DNA from: Candidatus Saccharimonadota bacterium
Lineage (GTDB): Bacteria; Patescibacteriota; Saccharimonadia; Saccharimonadales; UBA4665
Direction of reading: 5' to 3'
DNA: 32,000 nucleotides
NCBI GenBank assembly: GCA_002952755.1
Contig: CP025011.1
Location: forward strand, 780,001-812,000
Of the stretch, positions 8,791 through 18,275 are shown piece by piece. How positions within the stretch are numbered: the stretch's first letter is position 1; each line of letters opens with the position of its first letter. The position numbers and the translations under genes were made by a program. Under the pieces are notes generated by a model. It made no database searches and was not told the DNA's origin. It worked only from the letters and a program-made list of their open reading frames with translations.

Positions 8791-9714
8791 ATGTCTACCA
8801 GTAGCTTGAGTTTGGTTGCATTGGAAGACGCTGGACACATAAGCAGCGACGAATTGAATAGTGGCTTAGCTGCAGAAGCGTCAGGCACACCTGGCCATAC
8901 TATTGGCTACGAGTTAGAGGTGCTGCGTTCGGCAGGCCTAGATATTCCAAAAGCGCAAGGCTTCTCAGATGATATCCAGGAATCGTGCAGAAATGAAGTT
9001 TCGCTCTACGAATTTGGAGTAACTGAAGACGGCTTATATGAAATACAGTCACCATATGCCCAGCACCCCTTATCTCTTGCAATCGCAACGCGAGGGCTGA
9101 TACGCACAGGCTGGCTCCCAGAGAATACATCTGGAACGATAACTGGCCATGCAAGTATCGGTACGGAGGTGTCTGGGACAGCTGTTCGGAGGGAAGAGTT
9201 ACGGCTCATCCACAGCCTTCGGATAGTTGAGCTCCTTGGAGCATCCTCGCCGGGACGACTCATGTCTCCTCTGGATGGCGCAACAAATAACGATGCGAAA
9301 AAACGATGGAATTGCAAAGGTACAGCAGGGGTCATGGCTGCTTCGCTTGCAGATGGGAAAAGCTGGTGGGTAGGCACGAACACGCGTGTCGAATTCCGAA
9401 CACTACAGTATCGTAACCTAGAGCAATGGGGTACGACACTCGATACGCTCTACTTGCTTAGTCGGGCACAGCTGACTGAACCGGGTAATGCCGCTGCAAA
9501 TATTTATAATGATTTTTATAATTGGACTCAAGAATACTTCGAGTCTCATCGTCTGCCTTTGTTCCACTACTTTATCGATCTGGAGAATGTAGACGAATTT
9601 AGAAATTATCTAAAGCCCTACGCGCTACATCTAAAAGATGGGAATCGTTCTGCGCTTATCGAGCGTGCTTCGTCGGCTCTTTTACACCTCCGAGAAGAAT
9701 TCAATCTTACATAA
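8791..9714 (+). CDS. hypothetical protein; candidate glutamine-synthetase-fold carboxylate-amine ligase (amidoligase/GCS2-like)
   Basis: 307-aa ORF with four collinear motifs in the order seen in GS/gamma-glutamyl-cysteine-ligase-fold enzymes: TIGYE41LE43V, LYE84IQSP, TGH120ASIG and NTR199VE201FR203TL. Read by eye only. Confidence 0.5.
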   Translation: MSTSSLSLVALEDAGHISSDELNSGLAAEASGTPGHTIGYELEVLRSAGLDIPKAQGFSDDIQESCRNEVSLYEFGVTEDGLYEIQSPYAQHPLSLAIATRGLIRTGWLPENTSGTITGHASIGTEVSGTAVRREELRLIHSLRIVELLGASSPGRLMSPLDGATNNDAKKRWNCKGTAGVMAASLADGKSWWVGTNTRVEFRTLQYRNLEQWGTTLDTLYLLSRAQLTEPGNAAANIYNDFYNWTQEYFESHRLPLFHYFIDLENVDEFRNYLKPYALHLKDGNRSALIERASSALLHLREEFNLT

Positions 9715-9742
9715 TTGAAATATACTTATAGACGTAGCTGAA

Positions 9743-10285
9743 CTAGGATAATCCTGCGGTGAGTTCGGTGATCTTTTGGCGGTAGGTACGCTGGTTGAAC
9801 TGTCCAGGGTAATCGACTAATTCTGTATTGAGCACTCTGAACCCGGCTTCACGAAGTGGTTCTGCTGCCACGACAAATACATTGGATTTAATAAGGATGA
9901 TCTTCGTGTCGAGTTCGACTAGCGCTCTGACTCGTTCAATAAGACGAGGCAGCGCGGCCTCCAGGCGCTGCTGGCGCTGTTTTTTGGTTACTCCGTGTGC
10001 CTGGGAGGCTTCGAGGGCCTCTATCATATACCACCCATCATCTCGAAATCGCTCAAGCCAGTGCGACTTATTTTGCTCCAGCTCAATCTCTGGTACCTCG
10101 GCTGTCTCAGGGTAGAGCGCGCGGATTGTGTTCGTAAAAAGCCTATCGTCTTTACGGATACGATCTGTGTAATAAAACTGCCGGCTACTCTGGACTTCCG
10201 GCGCAGGCGGGGGTGATTCGGCAATCAGAAGCACTTTGATATGCTCGGGCCGATATTTCTGCCGGACAGTGTCGTAGTCGCTCAT
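9743..10285 (-). CDS. hypothetical protein; weak resemblance to the uracil-DNA-glycosylase-like fold
   Basis: 180-aa ORF lying 4 nt downstream of the response-regulator gene on the same strand. The blocks VLLIAESPP, DRLF, GWYMIEAL and TKIILIKSNVF sit in the same order as the GEAPG / PF / vyitN / ivlLG blocks of UDG families 4-6. The assignment is weak. Confidence 0.5.
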   Translation of the reverse strand: MSDYDTVRQKYRPEHIKVLLIAESPPPAPEVQSSRQFYYTDRIRKDDRLFTNTIRALYPETAEVPEIELEQNKSHWLERFRDDGWYMIEALEASQAHGVTKKQRQQRLEAALPRLIERVRALVELDTKIILIKSNVFVVAAEPLREAGFRVLNTELVDYPGQFNQRTYRQKITELTAGLS

Positions 10286-10289
10286 GATC

Positions 10290-10742
10290 TTAGATGGCTG
10301 GAGTTTGAACTTGTGTACTGTCTGACGCCTCGAGCGAGACGTCTTCGGTTTGGCCTTCGGGCTTCAATATGCGGTCAACAAGTTGATCTAGCTGGTCGTT
10401 TGTCAGATTAGCTTTTACTGCGTACCCTTCGATGCCTTTGTCGCGCAAGCCCGCCGGTGCATCTGCTTCGTTTAAGTTCGAGACGATCAGTACTTTTATA
10501 TTCTTGCCCCAGTCACTGGCGCGCATAGTAGCTAAAATTTCATCGCCAGCGATTTTAGGTACCATCAAGTCGAGCAGCACCAGATCAGGAATCTCTATTT
10601 CAATTAAACGTAGCGCCATAATACCGTCGTACGCTACAAAACACTTATATCCCAATATTTCGAGCCTAGTTTTATAGATATCTGCCAAACTGGCATTATC
10701 TTCGACAATAACTACTTTGAGCGATGGTTTTGATGGGTCCAT
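10290..10742 (-). CDS. single-domain response regulator (receiver/CheY-like, no output domain)
   Basis: KVVIVEDN..., phospho-acceptor context DLVLLDLMVP, KVLIVSNL and GYAVKA (conserved Lys). About 25 aa of tail and no DNA-binding domain. Confidence 0.85.
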   Translation of the reverse strand: MDPSKPSLKVVIVEDNASLADIYKTRLEILGYKCFVAYDGIMALRLIEIEIPDLVLLDLMVPKIAGDEILATMRASDWGKNIKVLIVSNLNEADAPAGLRDKGIEGYAVKANLTNDQLDQLVDRILKPEGQTEDVSLEASDSTQVQTPAI

Positions 10743-10956
10743 ATGTGCATTTTAGTCTAGGTTATACATTTTTGCTAATGTATCAAGCTCTCTTCGTAGG
10801 CGCCGTGGCTATATACTCCAGACGCATGATGCAGTCAAAAATGCCACACCCCGCATATAAGCTTTTTTACATGAGCACTGTGGCGACTATGACACAATGG
10901 AGCGGTTCTTCAGGTTTTACTAACTGTAAGCAAGAGATCCGGGAGTCTCATCGCAC

Positions 10957-12219
10957 ATGAACGTTATACGTCATATGCGTCACAGCCAGTTCCTACGTCA
11001 TAATGCGGTCTTTTTTACCGGATCCGTAGCGGTTGGGGCACTTAATTATTTGTATTACCCTGTGCTTGGTCGCATGCTCACGCCCAGCGCTTTTGGAGAG
11101 ACGCAAACGCTTGTTTCGCTCTTCTTACAACTGAGTATTTTTCTTATCGTGCTCAGCTTGGTGATCGTCAACATAGTAGCCAATTATCCCGACGAAGAGA
11201 CGCGTAATCTATTTGTATTTGAATTTGAGAAGCTTGCTCTCCTTATAAGTGCCCTACTGCTCGGCGGATGTGTGCTGTTTAGGGATCGCCTGCAAGCTTT
11301 TTTGCATTTTACGAGCAGCTGGCCGTTCGTTCTGCTAGCCGTGGCGGTTGTCGTTACCGTGCCGTTTACGCTAAGGGGAGCCTTCTTGCGAGGACAACAA
11401 CGCTTTGGATTGGTGTCGACAGGCAATATCTTGGGGGCTGGCGGCAAGCTACTATTCTCAGTGTTACTGGTGCTGGCTGGCTTTAGTACTACGGGAGCAA
11501 TAAGTGGAGTTGTCTTGGCGCAAATTGCCGCCTGTATGCTCATATTATTTTGGGCCCGACGTTTTGGCCTCAGAAGCGCTGGCCACCAACCCTGGAAATG
11601 GCCTAATATGCGATTCTTAATGCCGGAGCTTAGGTACGGACTCGTTGTGCTGATTGCCTCACTGGCGATCACCTTGCAGTACAGCATCGATATTATCGTT
11701 ATAAAGCATTATTTTAGTGCTAGCGTAGCGGGTGAGTATGCCGGGATTGCCGCGGTGGGACGCATCTTGTTTTTTCTTACCATGTCTATCGGACAGGTAC
11801 TGATATCCTCTGTTAAATTGCGACAACCGCCAGCACAGAATAGGCGATTGCTTTATAAGTCACTTTTGCTGCTGGTTGGCATTAGTTTGCCCGTGCTGAT
11901 CGCGGTCATGGGTTGGCCAACACAAGTCATACGAGTCCTCATGGGCTCTTCCTATATAAAGTTTGCATCTCTGCTACCGCGGTTGAGCCTGGCCATCTTT
12001 ATTGTCGCCGTTCTGAATCTACTGGTTGCATATTATCTTGCCTTAAGACGTTACGGCGTTGCTGCCGCAGCAGTTCTGGGCTTAGGCGCGAGCTGCGCCA
12101 TCATTCTTTGGCATCACGGATCGCCAGGCGCAATCGTAAATGGACTGCTCACAGGCAGCACTATTATGTTGGGTCTCTTTGGCGGGTGGCTTCTAATCGA
12201 AAGGAAACGTATAGCATGA
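10957..12219 (+). CDS. polysaccharide/oligosaccharide flippase family membrane protein (Wzx/MOP-like)
   Basis: 420 aa and hydrophobic throughout (about 12-14 helices by eye). The N-terminus FLRHNAVFFTGSVAVGALNYLYYPVLGRMLTPSAFGE is typical of polysaccharide-biosynthesis flippases. First gene of the coupled operon. Confidence 0.7.
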   Translation: MNVIRHMRHSQFLRHNAVFFTGSVAVGALNYLYYPVLGRMLTPSAFGETQTLVSLFLQLSIFLIVLSLVIVNIVANYPDEETRNLFVFEFEKLALLISALLLGGCVLFRDRLQAFLHFTSSWPFVLLAVAVVVTVPFTLRGAFLRGQQRFGLVSTGNILGAGGKLLFSVLLVLAGFSTTGAISGVVLAQIAACMLILFWARRFGLRSAGHQPWKWPNMRFLMPELRYGLVVLIASLAITLQYSIDIIVIKHYFSASVAGEYAGIAAVGRILFFLTMSIGQVLISSVKLRQPPAQNRRLLYKSLLLLVGISLPVLIAVMGWPTQVIRVLMGSSYIKFASLLPRLSLAIFIVAVLNLLVAYYLALRRYGVAAAAVLGLGASCAIILWHHGSPGAIVNGLLTGSTIMLGLFGGWLLIERKRIA

Positions 12220-13235
12220 AACAGCAAACACTACTATCAATCGTCATACCAGCTTACAACGAGGAGGCCAATCTTCGACCTTTATTTGACGAGGTCAGCA
12301 GGCACACCCGGGCGCTGCCTTATCAGTTCGAAATTATTCTGGTGGACGACGGCAGCAGCGATGGCTCGGTAGCAATTTTGCAGCAACTCGCCGCCGAGCA
12401 CGATGAAGTGCGCGTGTTAGAGCTTGCACGCAATTTTGGCAAGGAAGCTGCAGTGAGTGCTGGTTTGCACTCAGCAGAAGGCGAGGCGGCAATCGTCATG
12501 GATGCCGATTTGCAGATGCCGCCATCGCTGCTGGGTGAGTTTATTGAGCGCTGGGAAAAAGGAGCAGACATCGTCGTCGGCGTGTTCGCTACCCGTAATA
12601 TGAGCCGCCTGCGTAGGATTGGAGCCCACTGGTTTTACCGTATCATGCAAGCAATTGGTAACGAAAAAATAACACCACATGCCACCGATTATCGGTTGCT
12701 CGATAGACAAGTACTGGAATCATTCAAAACACTAACCGAGCGCAATCGTATTACCCGCGGGCTGGTTGATTGGCTCGGGTACAAACGGGATTACGTGTAC
12801 TTTAAGCAAGAGCCGCGGCGCAATGGGCAGCCGACGTATAGTATGCGCAAGCTTATCACATTGGCTATTAATAGCTTCACGAGCAATAGCCTGATCCCTC
12901 TCAAGCTTGCCGGCTATCTGGGTGTATTCATTCTGACGCTCAGCATACCCGCCGGTCTCTTTATGTATATAGAGCGCTACATATTAAACGATCCCATGCG
13001 CCTACTTTTCAATGGCACCGATATGCTCGCAATTATGACCCTGTTTCTGGTTGGCGTTATTCTGGCCTGCCTCGGCCTTATATCACTCTACATCGCCAAT
13101 ATTCATGCCGAAGTTATTAATCGCCCCCTCTACATTGTGAGGAAAAAGCCGGCTACTATCGAACCGCTCGCTTCGGCAGTCGCTGGACGCAAAGAAAGGT
13201 CAGCTTCGGGACAGAAAGAGACCGTTGCCGCATGA
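12216..13235 (+). CDS. family 2 glycosyltransferase, polyprenyl-phosphate sugar synthase type (GtrB/ArnC/DPM1-like)
   Basis: LSIVIPAYNEE, ILVDDGSSDGS and VMDADLQ (DxD), plus two C-terminal TM helices. The start is set at the internal ATG 12216, which overlaps the flippase stop (ATGA). The tracked 5' extension from 11913 overlaps the flippase in another frame. Confidence 0.85.
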   Translation: MKQQTLLSIVIPAYNEEANLRPLFDEVSRHTRALPYQFEIILVDDGSSDGSVAILQQLAAEHDEVRVLELARNFGKEAAVSAGLHSAEGEAAIVMDADLQMPPSLLGEFIERWEKGADIVVGVFATRNMSRLRRIGAHWFYRIMQAIGNEKITPHATDYRLLDRQVLESFKTLTERNRITRGLVDWLGYKRDYVYFKQEPRRNGQPTYSMRKLITLAINSFTSNSLIPLKLAGYLGVFILTLSIPAGLFMYIERYILNDPMRLLFNGTDMLAIMTLFLVGVILACLGLISLYIANIHAEVINRPLYIVRKKPATIEPLASAVAGRKERSASGQKETVAA

Positions 13236-14347
13236 ACGTTCTTTGGCTAAGTTGGAAAGATCGCACCCATCCTGCGGCAGGCGGCGCCGAAGTTATTTCC
13301 CACGAGCTGCGTATGAGGCTTCAGGCTGAAGGACACACCGTAACCCTACTTACCTGCGGGTATCCAGGGGCGGCAAAAACCGAACAGTGTGATGGTGTGA
13401 ACATTATACGAGTGGGGTCTAACCGCTACACCCATCCTATGCAGGCAGCGCTCTACTACATACTGCGCATGCGTAATAAATTCGACCTTGTGGTGGAAGA
13501 AGTAAACGCCGCCCCTTATTTTAGTGTGCTGTTCGGCAAAAAAGCCAAACGATTCCTGTTTTACCACCATCTAGAGCGCGAAGTATGGCTGTATGAAGCT
13601 AAGCGTCCGCTGAACTATCTCGGCTATTACGTACTCGAACCCTTGGCAACACGCATACTGGGCCGGGCCCGCGTACCACTCATCACTGTGTCGGAAAGCA
13701 CGCGCCGCGAAATGGCAGCCTATGGTTTTACACCTAAAGACACAGCAGTCATATCCGAAGGAATCGAACTCCAGCCCATTGAGCAGTTAGACGCGGTTAC
13801 CAAATATCGCCGGCCGACGCTTCTAAGTCTTGGCGGCATACGGGCTATGAAGCGGACGCTCGACCAGGTAAAAGCCTTTGAACTCGCCAAAGCAAAACTG
13901 CCAGCACTACAAATGAAAATCGCCGGCGATGCCAGTGGCGCCTACGGGCAAATGGTGCTGCAATATATCGCTAGTAGCCCGTATGCTCGTGATGTCGCCT
14001 ACTTGGGCAGGATTAGCCACGACGAAAAGTCAGCATTGTTACGACAGTGTCATGTTATAACTGTCACCTCCATCAAAGAAGGCTGGGGGCTGATTGTTAC
14101 TGAAGCCGCCAGTCAAGGCACACCGGCTGTAGTCTACGATGTGCCGGGTCTGCGCGATAGCGTGCGTCACAAACAGACTGGCCTCATTACCGAGGCCGAC
14201 CCAACCGCCATGGCTAGCAGCATCATCGATCTGCTGCAAGACCCTCACACATACTCATCCTTACGCCGAAGTGCATGGGAATGGAGCAAGCATATCACCT
14301 TCGCCCAGAGTTATCAGGACTTTAAAGGAGCAGTTGGCATAGCATGA
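13232..14347 (+). CDS. family 4 (GT-B) glycosyltransferase
   Basis: C-terminal EGWGLIVTEAASQGTPAVVYDVPGLRDSV..KQTGLI matches the E-x7-E GT4 signature. ATGA overlap with the upstream gene. Confidence 0.85.
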   Translation: MNVLWLSWKDRTHPAAGGAEVISHELRMRLQAEGHTVTLLTCGYPGAAKTEQCDGVNIIRVGSNRYTHPMQAALYYILRMRNKFDLVVEEVNAAPYFSVLFGKKAKRFLFYHHLEREVWLYEAKRPLNYLGYYVLEPLATRILGRARVPLITVSESTRREMAAYGFTPKDTAVISEGIELQPIEQLDAVTKYRRPTLLSLGGIRAMKRTLDQVKAFELAKAKLPALQMKIAGDASGAYGQMVLQYIASSPYARDVAYLGRISHDEKSALLRQCHVITVTSIKEGWGLIVTEAASQGTPAVVYDVPGLRDSVRHKQTGLITEADPTAMASSIIDLLQDPHTYSSLRRSAWEWSKHITFAQSYQDFKGAVGIA

Positions 14348-15414
14348 AACTTACTACTTTCCTGCAAAAACACCACCTCGAACGCAGCCTGTTGATCGGC
14401 TACTACGGCGGCGGTAATTACGGCGACGAGTTGCTGCTCGAAACATTGCAAAATTTGCTCGCCAAACAAGGCATACAACAGGCAACCATTGCTTACCAGA
14501 ATCCTGCATCGTACGCCACTATGCATCACGACTTCGGCTATAAACGCATAGACGTACATAGTAAAAAAGCACTCATGCTGGCGGCGCTGCATAACAAACA
14601 GATTCTCGTAGGCGGCGGCGGGCTATGGGGTGTCGATATGAACGCCAATACGTTTATGCTCAGCATCTTTCTGTTTGCATGCCGCTACCTGCTCGGCAAA
14701 AAGGTATATCTTCTCGGTATTGGCTACTACTCTTCCACTACACGCTTAGGCAGGGCAGGCGCTTGGCTGGCTGGCAAGGCCGCGCACCTCATCCTGGCCC
14801 GGGACAACGAGACGTTTCATAATTTTGGCAAAATTAGCCGCCATGTCTATTTAGATCGGGACATCGCCTGGTATATCAGCGAGCTCGACCTTACGGCCTA
14901 CGATCCGGACGTTGCCGCGTTAGAGAAAAAAATGCAACTTGCTGGCAAGACACTCTTCTTTGCTCCCAGGCGGTCACAGGCAAAACGCCAGCATCAGGAG
15001 TTTACCAGCTTAAACCAGCTCATTGCCGACTGTGTAGCGCTAAATCAAGAGAAGCACGCCATTCTGGCGCTGGCCGAATCGGAAGCAAAAAGCCCCGACT
15101 TACACCAATGGGCCCGCACCCTTCAGGCCAAAAACCCGCAATTGACCCTGCTCGATTTCGCTCATAATCCCATAACCCTCTTTTTATTTTTTCGTAAACA
15201 CTACGGCGACTTGGCGCTTATTGCGCCGCAGTTACACTTGATCATTACTGCCCATCTTACGCAAACGGCCTTTCTGCCAATCGTATATGACAACAAGGTT
15301 TCCGCGTTGCTCGATCACATTGGCATTCCCACGTCGAAGACGTTGCCAATCGGCACGATTACTGCCCCCATCTTGCAAAACTTTATTGACGATTACTGGG
15401 GAGGCAGCGCGTAG
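14344..15414 (+). CDS. polysaccharide pyruvyl transferase family protein (CsaB/WcaK-like)
   Basis: LLIGYYGGGNYGDELLLETLQNLL and ILVGGGGLWG blocks are typical of the PS_pyruv_trans family. ATGA overlap upstream. Confidence 0.65.
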   Translation: MKLTTFLQKHHLERSLLIGYYGGGNYGDELLLETLQNLLAKQGIQQATIAYQNPASYATMHHDFGYKRIDVHSKKALMLAALHNKQILVGGGGLWGVDMNANTFMLSIFLFACRYLLGKKVYLLGIGYYSSTTRLGRAGAWLAGKAAHLILARDNETFHNFGKISRHVYLDRDIAWYISELDLTAYDPDVAALEKKMQLAGKTLFFAPRRSQAKRQHQEFTSLNQLIADCVALNQEKHAILALAESEAKSPDLHQWARTLQAKNPQLTLLDFAHNPITLFLFFRKHYGDLALIAPQLHLIITAHLTQTAFLPIVYDNKVSALLDHIGIPTSKTLPIGTITAPILQNFIDDYWGGSA

Positions 15415-18275
15415 TGCAGTTCATCTCCTGGGGCGATTTCACACTTCCGTTTCAGTTAGGGCTTTTCCTGAGCAAGCATTTGTACATGTGGTCGTTCCAA
15501 AGTGGTACATCGAACCCCGACGGACTGATTCGCCTGCCAGGCCGAATACCGCTCTTTATTGTCTTTGGCCTGTTTGGTAATCTGGCTGCCAGTTACTTCT
15601 ACATTTTTTCATCGCTCGTTATAGCTTTTTTAGCCTTCTTCTTTTTTGCCCGCCATTTTCTGCATGTGAAGAAGCGCTCTGTGCAACTAATTGCTGCACT
15701 CTTTTTTGCGTTAAATCCTATCTTTTTAGGTAATGTGGCCAAGGTAGGGCTGGTGTTGGCGGCGGCCATGCTCCCGCTCTGCCTGCTGGCGCTTCGGGCA
15801 ACCTTTACCCAGCAGCGGTTACGATTCTTATTACTTTACATCGTATGTATCAACATTTCTTTCTTGCATCCATATACCCTGGTGGTAAATCTGGCGGTAT
15901 CGATGTGCTATTTTGCCTACCTGGTGGCGCATAACAGAAACTTCGTATATAAGAACCTGGTCAGATTCTTCTTCATTGGTGTGCTGGGGATTCTCCTGAA
16001 TCTATATTTCATTTTGCCCACCATCAGTATGGGTACAGTCAGCAAGGACGTTATTTCTACGAATGTTACTCCAACAGCTGCCGACTATACGGCCCTGGTA
16101 GGGATATCGAACACCGGCAATCTGTTCACGGGCTTTTCGCTTTCTAAAAACGTATTTGTAGACTTCTCTTTTTATAACGACCTCTACCAAACGGTTTATT
16201 TCTTTGGTATTTTCGCTTTCTATGTACTACTACTCGCGCTCTATGTGCGGCTAGAACCAACCTTTACGTTAGGAGAGAGACGGCGGCTGGGTATATTCTT
16301 TGGTTGTTTCTTGGTATTGGTAGCCCTGGCAACCGTTACGATCGCGCACTTGGATGTGCTTATTAAATTGCTGATTCATATGCCCGGCGGATGGGCATTC
16401 CGCTCGCCGCTCAAATGGCAGCTATATATTCCCTTGGTTCTGTTCAGTATTCTGGCGATTATATTGAATCGCATGCCTCAGGGCAGAAGGCTGCGCATGG
16501 CGCTGGCCGGTCTGCTGGCCACTTTTGTAATCATGAACGGCTATATTGCTACCGATGTGTATAAAAAGATTCTGACGCCGCGTACGCCGAGTTACTTTGC
16601 TGGGCTGCAGGCTACTGACCTCGCCAACAAGACAGTGCTGTTTGTGAATAATGGCAACTGCATGTCCTTTATGCGCAGCAACCCGTCCGTAACCAGCGAA
16701 TTGAATCAAATTATGGGCTCGCAAAATGCCCAAGAAAAACACGTTGTCGAGGACGAATCTGAGGCAGTAACCCTGGGCAGTTACGACTACATCCTGGGCT
16801 GCAAAGACCATTTGAGACAAGTGCTAACCAAACAGTACGGCTTTGTTATGCAACAAACTTTTGTGCATGACATCTTCCGCTTATACAAGAACACCACACC
16901 ACTTACTCCTCTATATACCACCGACCATGTCTTTGCACCGCAAGATCAGCAGGCAAGGAGCGCCCCTTATTATTTTGCAAATCATACACTCGACCAAAAA
17001 CTGATTACTGCGACAACCCAGAATGCTCAATTGCCCACGATTGGCCTACACGACATATTCGCCGACCTAAGTCCAGCGAGTATCCAGCGCGGAGTAATTA
17101 CAACTACCGTGGCAGCAACCACCAACAGCCGCATGCTCTATCTTCAGCCAAGTACCGCAGCCACGCATTTTTACCTCAACAAGTCTGCAAACAAATTAGC
17201 TATTGTCACAAGTCCAACCCCTGGATTCACCGAACATGCAGCGCCCGACCAGCCCATACGGCTTCCAGCAGGACAACCCCTGTCGCTCACCTACACGAAT
17301 CCCCATTTCGATTATAAAAACCTTATCCCCAACGCCTCGTTTGAAGATGGACTATGGCAATCAAAAGTAGCTGACTGCTACAACTATGATAATCAGCCCA
17401 ATATCGGCATGCGTTTGGACCAAGAGATAAAAGCCGCCGGCAAGCAATCACTCGAACTTGATGCTCGAAGCCATATCGCCTGTACCGGGCCCTCGGCAAT
17501 CGATATGCAACCAAGCGAGCACTATCTGCTTAGTTTTGATTATCAAAACACACAGGGTCAGAAGACGGCCGGATATCATATACGATTTGACGACCCTGCC
17601 CAAACGACCATTCAGGACCGGATGCCAGCCCGGGACAATCAGTGGCATACCGCTAGCCGTGAAATCACTGTTCCTTCGGGCGCACACCACCTATGGCTAG
17701 AATTTTATGCATATCCGGATAGCTACGGACGATTTACGGCAATAGCACACTACGATCAAGTGAGTCTGCAGCATATTCCCCCCACACAAAATCAGTTCTA
17801 TATGGTCGACAAACCCCAAGTCTCGCTGCAAACGCCCCAAAAAGTGAGTTACCAACTAGTCAGTCCTACGCGTAAACTGATTCACATTCAAGGTGCCAAA
17901 CTGCCATTTTACCTGGGCATGAACGAAACATACGACAAGCTATGGCAGATTGAGGTGCAGGGCAGAACTAAAACTCCTGAATGGCCATTCGCCAAACGAT
18001 TACTCATTCCAGAAGCTGATCATTTACATTTGGACGAAACAACCAACGGCTGGTATATCAATCCGGGCGTACTTTGTAAGGATACGTCCGCGTGCCGGCA
18101 AGGAGCGAGCGGCAGTTACGATTTTGATCTGGTTGTCGAATTTGTACCACAGCGCTGGTTTTACTTCGGTCTGGCGATAGGCATCTTTGCGGCAGGCATC
18201 AGTGTCACCTATTACTGGTATGAAAAGCGACGGGGAAATGAATACTGGGAAGGGCTGTGGCGATGGCACAAGTAA
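15414..18275 (+). CDS. large polytopic membrane protein, putative GT-C-type glycosyltransferase with a C-terminal carbohydrate-binding-like domain and terminal TM anchor
   Basis: 953 aa with a GTG start overlapping the upstream TAG. The first ~400 aa are strongly hydrophobic. The soluble C-terminal half contains NLIPNASFEDGLWQ...GKQSLELDA...YLLSFDY, an opening like CBM4/9-type beta-sandwiches. The last helix is FYFGLAIGIFAAGISVTYYWY. Confidence 0.7.
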   Translation: MQFISWGDFTLPFQLGLFLSKHLYMWSFQSGTSNPDGLIRLPGRIPLFIVFGLFGNLAASYFYIFSSLVIAFLAFFFFARHFLHVKKRSVQLIAALFFALNPIFLGNVAKVGLVLAAAMLPLCLLALRATFTQQRLRFLLLYIVCINISFLHPYTLVVNLAVSMCYFAYLVAHNRNFVYKNLVRFFFIGVLGILLNLYFILPTISMGTVSKDVISTNVTPTAADYTALVGISNTGNLFTGFSLSKNVFVDFSFYNDLYQTVYFFGIFAFYVLLLALYVRLEPTFTLGERRRLGIFFGCFLVLVALATVTIAHLDVLIKLLIHMPGGWAFRSPLKWQLYIPLVLFSILAIILNRMPQGRRLRMALAGLLATFVIMNGYIATDVYKKILTPRTPSYFAGLQATDLANKTVLFVNNGNCMSFMRSNPSVTSELNQIMGSQNAQEKHVVEDESEAVTLGSYDYILGCKDHLRQVLTKQYGFVMQQTFVHDIFRLYKNTTPLTPLYTTDHVFAPQDQQARSAPYYFANHTLDQKLITATTQNAQLPTIGLHDIFADLSPASIQRGVITTTVAATTNSRMLYLQPSTAATHFYLNKSANKLAIVTSPTPGFTEHAAPDQPIRLPAGQPLSLTYTNPHFDYKNLIPNASFEDGLWQSKVADCYNYDNQPNIGMRLDQEIKAAGKQSLELDARSHIACTGPSAIDMQPSEHYLLSFDYQNTQGQKTAGYHIRFDDPAQTTIQDRMPARDNQWHTASREITVPSGAHHLWLEFYAYPDSYGRFTAIAHYDQVSLQHIPPTQNQFYMVDKPQVSLQTPQKVSYQLVSPTRKLIHIQGAKLPFYLGMNETYDKLWQIEVQGRTKTPEWPFAKRLLIPEADHLHLDETTNGWYINPGVLCKDTSACRQGASGSYDFDLVVEFVPQRWFYFGLAIGIFAAGISVTYYWYEKRRGNEYWEGLWRWHK

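Noticed and set aside
10724-10960. 78-aa ORF in the divergent spacer between the response regulator and the flippase.
   Set aside because: It has no SD, overlaps the response-regulator start and fills the region expected to hold both promoters. A weak TTTACA-16-TATGAC promoter candidate at 10866-10893 was not convincing enough to list as a feature.
11913-12215. 5' extension of the GT2 ORF (101 extra residues).
   Set aside because: It overlaps the 3' end of the flippase in another frame and has an Arg/Cys/Ser-rich composition. The ATGA junction at 12216 gives the canonical GT2 N-terminus MKQQTLLSIVIPAYNEE.
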